64,000 bases of DNA from Octopus bimaculoides (Eukaryota). The notes under the pieces were generated by a model, which searched no databases, had not been told where the DNA came from, and saw nothing but the letters and a program-made list of their open reading frames with translations. The stretch covers positions 107,547,180 through 107,611,179 of the forward strand of contig NC_068983.1 in NCBI RefSeq assembly GCF_001194135.2, given 5' to 3'. The translations under genes were made by a program, and so were the position numbers. This document shows positions 39,070 to 50,399 of this stretch, piece after piece. Position 1 is the stretch's first letter. Every line of letters starts with the position of its first letter.

Positions 39070-39070
<1 letters not shown>
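38833..39070 (-). repeat. Inverted paralogous copy of 42050-42290 (ORF fragment)
   Basis: WNHKIVMNVLRYEEYLYHIVCMLNTIYIMNGKVSCTIL-IYLYNIVHFNDYYDVCVIIDFYFTLTKK versus WNYKFVMYVLRYEDNLYHTVYMINTIYIMNGKVFCTILMIYLYNVVHFHDYYDVCITIEFYFTLTRK. Confidence 0.9.
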
Positions 39071-39145
<75 letters not shown>

Positions 39146-39151
39146 TATACA

Positions 39152-39280
39152 CAGGGGTTGGACAAAATAATGGAAACACCTTAAAATTTCAAACAAATTT
39201 ATTTTAATATGGGGTAGGACCACCTTTAGCAGTAATTACAGCCTGAATTCTATGAGGTATGGACTCGCACAAAGTTTGAA
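39152..39280 (-). mobile_element. Tc1 element 3' end: transposase C-terminus and terminal inverted repeat
   Basis: TIR caggggttggacaaaataatggaaacacc; minus translation QTLCESIPHRIQAVITAKGGPTPY*. Confidence 0.85.
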
Positions 39281-39471
39281 TTCAGTTCTATATTTAAGAG
39301 ATGAGGAATTATGTACATTATTTACATCATCTACAATTGACGGATATTTGTCCTCATCTTGTTTGTTGTTAACACAATGTTTTGGCTGATATACCTTCCA
39401 GCCTTCATCAGGTGTCTTGGGGAAATTTTGAAGCTGGGTTCTCATTCCTAAGGTATTTTTCGACGTTGTTG

Positions 39472-39522
<51 letters not shown>

Positions 39523-40632
39523 TCACTGAACTCAGAATTTTGGGGTTAGTAACCCGTGCTCTTAACTGCTACACCATATGCCCGTGGGCAATTATGGAGG
39601 GAATTTTAGGGCTTATAAATCTAATATTCTCCTATCCTTCTTTAATACTGGTTCCCATATGCTGTTCATATCTGCACTCGGTCTGCTTAGGAGGTTGTTG
39701 TGTCCTAGCATATGTGCTGCTTCTTTTAGTTTTCATATTTTCCAGTGGTGTTCTCTGTCTATTGTTTTAACTTCATCCCACAGGGGAAGGTGGTCTCCAT
39801 TTTACCATTCATGATCAGCTACACTCGATTTCTCAATATCTCATCATATCACAGCTTTGTGATGTTCCTCTATCCTTATTTTGAGGGGTGGCATGTTTCG
39901 CCTTTGAATAACCTACCACAGCTGCATGGGACGGAGTACACACAGTTCTTAGTCATATTCTCTTCTATTGGTGGTTTTAATCGAAGGAGATATTTGTGAA
40001 GTATTGCATTACTTTTGAATACTGTCCTGATGTCATATGGGCAGTATATCTTTTGTATCTTTTCAGAGAGGCCTTTCACATAGGGTAGATAGACTGTGGA
40101 CAGTTTATCGGTTTCATCCTCTCTTTTCTTCATAATTGGAGTGGAGAGTATGCTTTTCGGGTAGTTGTTGCTTAATAGATTGTTACTGAGCTTGATCATT
40201 ATTTCTTCGTGGAGTGTATCATGATTGCTACTTATATTTATTGCTTGATGTTTTAGGCACTGAGCAATCCCTCTCTTTACACTGTATGGATGGTGGGAAT
40301 TGAAGTTGAGGTATCGTCCAGTGAGGGTTGTCTTGCAGTATACGGATGTCCTAAATCCCTACTTGGTGTGTGTTATTAATACGTCCAGGAATACCAGCTG
40401 ATTGTCTTTTTCTTGTTCTATTGTGAACTGTATGAATGGCTTTATTGAGTTCACATGATCTAACATCATTTGGACATCTTCCTGGTGGGGCCAGAGTATA
40501 AAGGTGTCATCAAAATATCTCAGCCATAGGGTTGGTTTTAGTGGTGTTGATCTTAAAGCCAAATTCTCAAAGTATTCCATGTATATATTGGCTATTATCG
40601 GTGATAATGGTGAATGCATAGCTAAGCCCTCT
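39281..40632 (-). mobile_element. 5'-truncated Penelope-like element (RT plus GIY-YIG endonuclease)
   Basis: EGLAMHSPLSPIIANIYMEYFE...WLRYFDDTFILWPH...FTIEQEKDNQLVFLDV (PLE RT) and VYLPYVKGLSEKIQK...NCVYSVPCSCGRLFKGET (GIY-YIG onset). Confidence 0.92.
39372..39415 (-). ncRNA. Degenerate minimal type I hammerhead ribozyme in the PLE 3' region
   Basis: Minus strand ACAC-CTGATGA-A-GGCTG(gaaggtatat)CAGCC-AAAACATT-GTGT. Stems I and II are intact; the core GAAACGTT is altered at two positions, both explicable as CpG-to-CpA changes. Confidence 0.7.
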
Positions 40633-40705
40633 CGTTATGCTAGCACCTGCCATACAAGCACCAACAACTTGACCTCTTTGAAAGTCTGATAGTCTGTAAT
40701 TTAAA
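40633..40705 (-). mobile_element. Tc1 transposase N-terminus
   Basis: LSDFQRGQVVGACMAGASIT (Tc1 paired-like HTH start). Confidence 0.8.
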
Positions 40706-41164
40706 TGAATTTTAATTACCTTTTTCTGATGATATCTGAAAAGAAACAGCAATTTTAGCAAAACATATTAAGCAACACTAATAATAAATTAAAAAAAACA
40801 TAAAAATAAAGAAGCTTTTGACGGTTTTATAGATATTTCAAAATTATTTNNNNNNNNNNNNNNNNNNNNNNNNNNNNNNNNNNNNNNNNNNNNNNNNNNN
40901 NNNNNNNNNNNNNNNNNNNNNNNNNNNNNNNNNNNNNNNNNNNNNNNNNNNNNNNNNNNNNNNNNNNNNNNNNNNNNNNNNNNNNNNNNNNNNNNNNNNN
41001 NNNNNNNNNNNNNNNNNNNNNNNNNNNNNNNNNNNNNNNNNNNNNNNNNNNNNNNNNNNNNNNNNNNNNNNNNNNNNNNNNNNNNNNNNNNNNNNNNNNN
41101 NNNNNNNNNNNNNNNNNNNNNNNNNNNNNNNNNNNNNNNNNNNNNNNNNNNNNNNNNNNNNNNN

Positions 41165-41385
41165 NTATATATATGTTTATATATGTATGTATGTGTTTGT
41201 TGTTTGTCTGTGTTTGTCCCCCCCCCCACCATTGCTTGACAACCGATGTTGGTGTGTTTATGTCCCTGTCCCTTAGCAGTTCAGCAAAAAGTGAACAATA
41301 GAATAAGTCTCTTACAAAGAATATGTCCTGGTGCTCAGCATGGCCACAATCAAATGACTGAAACAACTAAAAGAGTAAAAGAGAT
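41165..41385 (+). mobile_element. S1 SINE 3' half (head lost in N-gap)
   Basis: S1 tail gactgaaacaactaaaagagtaaaaga. Confidence 0.85.
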
Positions 41386-41912
41386 ATATATCAGCAAGGC
41401 AGGTAGTATTTGAATGAAAAAACTGAAAGAGTACATTGGAATTGCAATAGGAAACAGAATATCCAATGTTTCAAAGTCCTTGCCAGAGTTAAGATATTAG
41501 GAGGGAAGAAAGAAAGAACAGAAGAATTGCATGCCTTCTATCTTTAAACACCTAGCAGCAACTGGTGGAGAACTCAAGGAAATGTGACCTTGCATATGCA
41601 GAAAGGAAGAGGTATAAAAGAAAAACTGGGTGAGAAATGGAGAAAAGAAGAGAAATAAAAAGATGAAGAGAAGTGAATGAGAATGGGATGGGGTGAAAAA
41701 TTAAGGAGCAAGGTGAGCTGAAGGATAAGAAGTAATAAGGTAGCAAAATCTGAATGCATGACTATCTAGTCAATAGAACAGCAATGCCGTGGTCATTGAG
41801 CGTCATACTGCCAATGTTCTTTTAACCACCAACATTACTGATCCTCTTAGATATTCATACAAAAAATATACATTTTGATCTTTGGTAAATTATAACTTCT
41901 CACCATTATGTT

Positions 41913-42425
41913 GTGATAAATCGTTATCAGTATTTTAAATTAATCCTCATTTATTTTCTTTTTCTCTTTTTTGGTGGATGGGAGAGGAGGTATGTCAAAA
42001 GGTACACAGCCAATCAATGTCTATTTGAGTTATACACAAAGTATGATAGGTCATGGAATTACAAATTTGTAATGTATGTGCTTAGGTATGAAGATAATTT
42101 ATATCATACTGTTTACATGATAAATACTATTTACATTATGAATGGTAAAGTATTTTGTACTATATTGATGATATATTTATATAATGTTGTGCATTTTCAC
42201 GATTACTATGATGTATGTATTACAATAGAATTTTATTTCACATTGACAAGAAAAGCTAGTATATTTATTGCCTCAGTAAACTTAAAATGTCAATATAGGA
42301 AGAAGTATACACTTTACACCACCAATGGAAAGAATGTTACATTTAACTTTATATTGTACCACTTGGTATCCCTAAGCAAGCATGTCTGTATGTTGCACTC
42401 AGTTTATGGAACACTTTTAGACTAA
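41913..42425 (+). CDS. Intronless 170-codon ORF or large exon of unknown product
   Basis: Stop-free in very AT-rich DNA. Paralogous inverted pieces (38833-39070; about 47070-47190) keep the frame with whole-codon indels, largely conservative changes and the same TAA stop. The true start is uncertain (GTG in the ORF track). Confidence 0.5.
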   Translation: MINRYQYFKLILIYFLFLFFGGWERRYVKRYTANQCLFELYTKYDRSWNYKFVMYVLRYEDNLYHTVYMINTIYIMNGKVFCTILMIYLYNVVHFHDYYDVCITIEFYFTLTRKASIFIASVNLKCQYRKKYTLYTTNGKNVTFNFILYHLVSLSKHVCMLHSVYGTLLD

Positions 42426-43249
42426 AATCTTACAGGTCAACTCGTTCTATTTAGCTCATTTTTAGATTTTTAAACAAAATTCTTAATTTTTGTTTCATTG
42501 GATTCTTGCTCATGAATTTTGTCACATTTTTATATAGGTAGGCTTCTGCCACATGTTTTTGAGAGGCAATTTTACAATCTCACAAAATAGTAATTGAGAA
42601 CAAAGCATCTACATTAATGTCAGCTCCATCTTCAAAACCATTGCCTTAAATTCTTTAATGCCAATAAAAGTCTATTCTAAGATTCTTCACTTAGACAACT
42701 GACAGCCTTTATAAAACATCCATCCACACTGAAGTGAGGAGACAAGACTCTATGCTGCATGATTTTCTAATATAGCAGTCAAGTTTTCTTTCAAACAAAT
42801 ATCTCGTATCTTAAGTGCTGGCTTTACTTATTCTAAAGCCTAATCCTTTGACCATCATACAAATATGACTGAACTGGCCAAAGCTAATCAACAAGAAGGA
42901 TTGGATAAAATTGAACATGATGGTTTCCAAAGATGAGCATTTAACAATGCAGTGTCTTATTATTTTGAATTTTACTACTGTGTAGCGAGATTTTGTTTCC
43001 CAGAAGTTGATGTATGTAAAGAATAATAAAAGGACAAAAATGAAACGAAACTGCGTATTGTTTTACAAACCTATACAATATTTGTTAGATATTGGAATAG
43101 CTGGGCAAAATGATATAAATAAGTGAAATGACTTAGATGTTTTCTAAGAGTATAAATGTGGTGTAAAGAAATAACATCAGTAAAAAATACTACTGTAAGT
43201 CAATTATAATGACTAGATAAGAAAATAATATACACCACATACTGCACAG

Positions 43250-43465
43250 TAATATATTGGTTTTGAATTTTTGCACAAGGCCAGTAAGTTCGGTGGGAGG
43301 AAGTGAGTTGATTACGTTGACCCCAGTGCTCAACTGGTACTTGTTTTTTTTTTTTATCCCAAAAGGATGAACGGCAACGTTGACTTTGGCAGGATGTAAA
43401 TATGAATGAAATACTGCTAAGCATTTTGCCTGGCACAGCTGACAGAATGTCAGCTCACTGCCTTA
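43250..43465 (-). mobile_element. S2 SINE
   Basis: S2 tail and head visible, with a core deletion. Confidence 0.8.
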
Positions 43466-43848
43466 TACACACAACAATATATTACAGCAAATATTTACGT
43501 AGTCAGTTGAAACAGTAAGTGGGGTCTCACATCAGTGAGGGGTGCTGATACACTGTAAAGCTGTCAAGAGGAAGGCCCTGAAATGGTGCGCATTCTCTCC
43601 CGATGATTCCTGAAATCTGGCATTTGTTACAAGGAGTTTTTGACTGACGGCACAAGCACTGGCAGCTGTTTCCAAGTCTCAGTAAATGCTAATATTTAAT
43701 GCTTTCTTTTTGTCATACTTCATGAATATTTATGTGAATAAATTAAGAATTCATTTAATTCATTTGAATTTATTGATATCTATCTATCTATCTATCTATC
43801 TATGTCCATCTGCCTGCCTGTCTACCTATCTTATTGAAAATATTACAG

Positions 43849-45189
43849 AAGATGGTGATTTTCTCAATTGCATGAACTAAAAGTTAGAGGGGGATGTGAT
43901 AAGCTACCTGCATCAATTTGCTACAAAAGCAGGTAGTAATTTTACCTTGTACTTATTCTTAGTGCAAGTTTTGAAGAGTGCAGTTCGATTTTAACAGTTA
44001 CTTTTTCAAAGCTATAATGAAAGTGACAAAGTAGCATATTTGGCATATTTTGCTTTATGAGTTCAATAAAGGCAACAACCCAACAGAAAAGGTGTGGAAT
44101 ATTAATGCAGTATATGGGGATCAGACAATAAGTGTAATCCAGTGTAAACGGTGGTTCCAGAATTTCCGAGCCGGAAACTACAGCCCAGAAGATGAGCCTC
44201 ATCGTGGAAGATCTGTAGAGCATGACGAGGATGTCCTTCAAACCCTGGTGGAACAAAATCCCAGTGTAACTGTTGAGGAACTAGCAGACAAGCTTGGATT
44301 TGGTCATTCAATCATTCATCAACACCTGCATGCCATCAGAAATGTCAGCAAATTGGGTCAATGGGTTCCTCACGAAATTTCCAAGTCTAATCGCATTCAA
44401 CTAGTGAATGTGTGTGCTCCTTTGCTGTTACATCTCATGAATGAACCATCTTTGGACTGAATAGTGACTGGTGAGAAGAAATGGATTCTCTATCAAAATG
44501 TCAAGTGCTGAGGACAGTGGGTAGGGAAAGGAGAAACACTGGCACCCCAGACTAAAGAAGGTCTTCACCCACGTAAAGTGTCGTTATCTGTTTGGTGGGA
44601 TATGAAACAGTTAGTCCACTTTGAACTTTTAAACCCAAACCAAACAATAACAAAGGAGATCTACTGTGAGTAGCTTGAGTGACTTAAGTCAGCACTAGAA
44701 GAAAAACGACCAACTTTGGTTTCAAGACGAAAGGTGTTCTTCTGTCAGGATAATGCTTGGTCAGATACAGAGAGGATGATATTTGAAAGGCTGGAGTAGT
44801 TTGAATGAGAAACGATGCCCCACCCGCAATATTCGCCGGACATTGCCCCATCTGATTATCATTTATTCTGTAGTCTTTAAAATCGTTTGGACAGAAAAAA
44901 TATGAATTCTGTAGATGAGATCAGACCAGTACTGGAGGAGTATTTTTCATCACAGACCAGTGAATTTTGGAAAAGGGGCCTTGCAAGTCTACCAGATAGA
45001 TGGAAGAGCATTGTAGAAAATGAGGGAGAGTATATTTTAGATTAAAAAAGAACTTTGTTTATCTTAATTTTGAAAAATAAAAGTATTAAAAAAACCATAT
45101 TATTTATAGAATGACCCAATATTTGTTATAACTGCCTCTTTTATTTCATTTTTTTGCAGGGGTATTACTTAATTTTTCACAGACTGAAA
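43849..45189 (+). pseudogene. Two further phase-compatible exon relics (43849-43932, 45160-45189) flanking a mariner
   Basis: AG/GT bounded, phase 1-1; joined translation EDGDFLNCMN*KLEGDVISYLHQFATKAGVLLNFSQTE; strong pyrimidine tract before 45160. Confidence 0.4.
44017..45121 (+). mobile_element. Near full-length mariner (DD34D) transposase pseudogene (44017-45045) with right TIR
   Basis: 343 codons with no frameshift and 8 in-frame stops; WVPHEI, QDNA and YSPDIAPSDYHLF motifs with 34 residues between the last two Asp; right end ttatttatagaatgacccaata; left TIR not seen. Confidence 0.95.
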
Positions 45190-45272
45190 GTAGAAAAATT
45201 TATTTATATAGCAAATAATACAAGGCAATAGCATGTTTGTATGGTTAAAATGTTTACTTCCAAACCACATGG

Positions 45273-45315
<43 letters not shown>

Positions 45316-46202
45316 CGTGCATGCATGTGTATATCTTCTTTTAACATTTGCACTTATTTTTATGTGACCTATGATCAGTAATGTTATCTGTTCTCATGCG
45401 AACAAACCATCTGCTCATTTTGTGCTCCTGATGATATATGAAAGAAAAGAAATCCCTTTAAAAGCAGGTAATGGTCAGTGACAGGAAGGACATTCTACTA
45501 AAAATCCTTGCCACTATAACATATTTCTCTAATCCATACGAGCTTAGTAAAACAGACATAAAAACATACAAACAAACTTTGTTTATTAATGAAGTAAAAT
45601 TTCAATGATTGCTTCCCGATTTATTGTTTGTCTAACAATTATATGATAATACTTTATTTATTTATTTATTTATTTATGTGTTTCAGCCAAGTGGCTGCGG
45701 TCATGCTGGTAGTGAAAGAGAGAAAGAAAGCTCACCTTAATGTCCATTATTATTTTCAATAATATTGCACTTTGTCACAGTAATATTTGTTTTGTATATC
45801 TTAAAAAGCCAATTCATTCTAGCTTAGGGCATCTTGTCTAAGGCAATGTTCCCCAAATAGTGCATCACTGTAGCAAGCCACTATACTGAAAGTAAAATAT
45901 AATTAGATTTTTAAAATGGGAAAAAATACATCCTGAAATTCTAAATATAAAGTCTCGTTAACTAAACTTCATGTATTTAGTATATAAAAAAAAAAGTACT
46001 TATTTTCTGTTCTGTAGATGATACATATTTGCATATATGTATGTATGAGTGTATGTGTATGTATATGTATTTATATTATAATATATATGTATGTAAATAA
46101 AGTTGTATGTATATATATATATATATATATATGCATACACACTCACCCCACCACACACAAACATATAGGTAGGTAGACAGACAGACAGATAGATAGATAG
46201 TT

Positions 46203-46249
<47 letters not shown>

Positions 46250-46339
46250 GGTGAGGGGCTAAAATATATAAAAGCTCTTTTAAATATTTTTTTAAATTTT
46301 ATGCTCAAAGTACCCTGAAAGTAAATAGAAGTTTTGATA

Positions 46340-47350
46340 ATTATTTCTTTAATGTAACGTAAATTTAAAATTTTAACTATAATTAACTCTCTACTCTTCT
46401 CATGATATTGTATAGATTTGAAACGTTCTATATGTAGTTTTTTTTCCTCCAACTTTAATATTTTATACAACGATCACCTTCTTGGAAATGAAATTCTTGG
46501 TAAACTCCAGTTGATATAATTCAAAATAATAAGATACTGCATAGTTAAATGCTCATCTTTGAAAACCATCATGTTAAATTTCATCCAGTCTTTTTTATTG
46601 ATTAGCTTTCATGCTTTGGTCAGCTCAGTCATATTTGTATGTTAGCCAGAGATTTAGGCTTTAGAATAAGTAAAGCCAGCACTTAAGATACGAGATATTT
46701 GTTTGAAAGAAAACTTGACTGCTATATTAGAAATTCATGCAGCATAAAGGCTTGTCTCCTCACTTCAGTGTGGATGGATGTTTTATAAAGGCTGTCAGTT
46801 GCCTAAGTGAAGAGTCTTAGAATAGACTTTTATTGGCATTAAAGAATTTAAGGCAATGGTTTTGAAGATGGAGTTGGCATTAATGTAGATGCTTTGTTCT
46901 CAATTACTATTTTGTGAGATTGTAAAATTGCCTCTCAAAAACATGTGGCAGATGCTTACCTATATAAAAATGAGACAAGATTCTTGAGCAAGAATCCAAT
47001 GGAAAAAAAATTAAGAATTTTGTTTAAAAATCTAAAAATGAGCTAAATGGAAAGAGTTGACCTGTAAGATTTTAGTCTAAAAGTTTTCTATATACTGGGT
47101 GCATCATATAAATATTCTTATTTTGTGAGCTCGAATGATATAAGATAATGTAGGATGTGACATTCTTTTCATTCTTGGTGTAAAGTGTATAAAACTGTAT
47201 TGACAGAAGTTACATAACTCAAATATCCATTGACTGGTTGTACAAATTCTTGACATCCACAAATAAAAAAAGAATGGATGGTGGAGCACATTGGCCAAGA
47301 TTTTAAGGTTCTGTCTCTGGCCAAGGCACATAGCTCTGCTTCTGCATGAC
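46340..47350 (-). repeat. Inverted duplicate of about 41760-43150, with an internal deletion
   Basis: 46500-47090 is a close reverse complement of 42410-42970; homology continues to 47205 (=42290) and resumes at 47206-47250 (=41990-42035). Confidence 0.9.
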
Positions 47351-47692
47351 TGAATATGCATAATTGACAAAAAAAAATAAGTTCAGTTCTTGGGATTCCA
47401 ATGGTTAACCACTGAGTGGGAATCTAATTGTAAAAGTAATTGTTCAAAGGAAAAAATTATGACGTGCAAGCATAGAAAAATAGATGCAAAAATGTAATTA
47501 ATTTGGTGGATATAAAACTAAATCTAAATTTTGAGACATGGCTGCATGCATGTTTCAGAAGATTGCTTCTCAACTTTGAATTCAGTTCCACAGCAAGGCA
47601 TCTTGAGCAGATGTATTTTACTATAACCCTGAGTCAGCCAAAACCTTGTGAGTGGAATCAGCAAACAAAAGCTGAAAGAAGTCTGTTGTATA

Positions 47693-47910
47693 TGAGGGGG
47701 TTCTGAAAAGTTCTCGGCTTTAGGGAAAATAAAATACAGGAGGATCAGTTAATTATGATTTTATTGAATGTATTCCTCTCTGCGATTCATGTTCTTATTG
47801 CAAGAGTCCTTCAGTTTTTCTAAGCCCTGTAAAAGAACTTGAAAAGTTGAGCCACCAACCAGGCCTTTTGTGATACCCTTAAAGCAAGGAACTTTCCAAT
47901 ACTCCCTCAT
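47693..47910. mobile_element. Mariner-type MITE (about 220 bp)
   Basis: Imperfect TIRs ta-tgagggggttctgaaaagttc ... ggaactttccaatactccctca-ta, TA flanks, no coding capacity. Confidence 0.7.
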
Positions 47911-47974
47911 ATGTATATGTTATATGTGTGTGTCTTCTTGTCTTGACATTATGCAACAGCTATAAACAAACATC

Positions 47975-48809
47975 CCTACTATGTTACGTTCCAAGATTAG
48001 TCCATGCTATTAATGATGATGATCCAGACCAAAGAGTACAGTATTGTGAGTGGTATTTGGCACAATGTGTAGAAGATATACACTTTCCAACAAAGATTGC
48101 GTGGAGTGATGAGGCCACATTCAAATTAAATGGTTCAATTAACCACCACAATTGCACCTACTGACGGCCTGAGAATCTGCATGTTATGGTAGAACACTAT
48201 GTTAATTTACCAGGAGTTACAGTGTGGTGTGGTTTATCATCAAGAGGATTAATTGGACCATTCTTTTTGAAGCTACTGTGACTGGCCCCGTTTACTTGAA
48301 CTTACTGCAACAGTCTGTCATGTCAAGTATTATAGAAAACTTTGAAGATGGGGAGTTTTACTTTCAGCAAGACGGGGCACCCCAACACTATCATCATGAT
48401 GTTAGATCCTTCCTTGATGAGATCTTGCGAAACAGGTAGATTGAATGAAGGGGTTTCATTGAATACTTTCCGCATTCACGAGACTTCACACCACTAGACT
48501 TTTTTTTTATGAGGATACCTCTAAAAGACAAAGTCTACTCTATGAAGCCTGCAACAGGCGTTAATTTGAGAGCTGCCATTGAACAAGAATGCTCACAAAA
48601 TACCAAACGAATTGTTTTGTGATGTTTGCGATTCCATTGCTTCGCATTGTCAGCAGTGCTTGGACGAAAATGGACATCAGTTTGAAAACAGACGTTGACA
48701 AAACAATAAAATAATGTCTGTTGATTCTATTAAATTTTGAAGATGTAATGTATTTTAATAAACACATACAATTATTTAAAGTGTGTATACACTTTTGGGG
48801 GATACCCTG
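47975..48809 (+). mobile_element. Tc1/mariner DD41D (rosa-like) transposase relic with right TIR
   Basis: [18 protein letters not shown]...[10 protein letters not shown]...PHSRDFTPLDFF with 41 residues counted between the Asp residues; ends ggataccctg followed by TA. Confidence 0.88.
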
Positions 48810-49554
48810 TATGTATATCTTTTTCTAGGCACATATATATGAGGTACCTTTTGATGAGTCACCTGATGCGGATATATTTGTACCAATGATGCACCACAAC
48901 TGGTTGTACAACATCTCACCTGTGACACACTTATGCACAATCGGTCAAAATGATTGAATAATAAATAATAAATGGTTATGTGAATTCTATTTTCTTTCTC
49001 ATTCTTTCATATCTTATAAACTCTAAAGACAGGAAGGAATTCATGAAGTAAATCCAGTGGCATTTAAATCCATGCTGTTAATGAGATCAGATAGCCAAAT
49101 ACAGTGAATGGGCTTTACACAGTATACTGCAAGGTGTATACCCAAATTTTAAAATTATATATATAAACACACACACACACACACGTGTGTGTGTGTGTGT
49201 GTATGTATGCATCTAGGTATGTAATGTATGAGGGTGGATGGCTTAGTGGTTTCGGTGTTGCCCTCATGATCACAAGATTGTTGTTTCAATTCTTTGATGA
49301 AGTGGTGTATTAAGATAAAAACTGTAAACATATATATTTTCCTATTTTTTGGCCCGTTATTGGTTTGCATTGGCTCCCTGTAAAGTTAAGCCAAGAAAAG
49401 CACTAGAAGCATAGCTAGGTTGGATTAGATTAGTCAGAAACTGGTGGCTAAGGGAATAAATTGCCAAATGCAAGTATCAGTTTGAGAGAAGCTACTTTGT
49501 AGCTTTGTCCACACCAGGCCAAAATAAATAAGTGAAAATCAAAGATCACTGATG

Positions 49555-49656
49555 ATAATAGTGGTGGTGGTGGTGGTGGTGGTGGTGGTAGTGATGATGA
49601 TGATGATGATGATAATGATGCTTTTACTCACAGCTCATTTGTGCACTGCTGTTTGT

Positions 49657-49690
<34 letters not shown>

Positions 49691-49703
49691 CCTTCTTCTT
49701 CTT

Positions 49704-49795
<92 letters not shown>
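49555..49795. repeat. Compound triplet arrays (GGT)n(GAT)n and (CAT)n(CTT)n(ATT)n
   Basis: Directly visible. Confidence 0.95.
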
Positions 49796-49984
49796 CAAAT
49801 GTATTGATATACGATTACTTTAAATACAAAGTTTTTGACAGGTTATCTGCATCAAAGTAAACATGCCAAAAAAGAACAACAAAAAAAAAACTGATATCAT
49901 ACATGTATACAAAAGCACAGATAGACATTCATAAAGGGCAAACAGAAATGTTTATAAAAAAGCAAATCTACAAATATATACACC

Positions 49985-50028
<44 letters not shown>

Positions 50029-50399
50029 AGAAAATGTGATTGTATTTCATTCCAAAATACCTTAACACCTCCAATAAATATTACCTAGTGTTTAAGCTCA
50101 AAACTACGTTCATATTAACTCTTTAGAATTGGTATTACATTTACAGAACTTGTAAAGTAACATTAGAAAGCAAGATTTAAGTCTAGAAAACATTCAGATT
50201 TGGTTATATGCAAATGTTTGTCTGCCTGTCTGGGTGTGTATATATATAATTTTGCACATGTGCATTATTTGTTTTTGATTTTGTTGACTACACAGTATAG
50301 TAGAGTCAGTTGGGCACGTCTGTGAGTAAAACAGCATGATGACACAATTCATTCTGCCAGAAATTTGGAAATGACATGCTGTACTACTAGGCATTTGTG

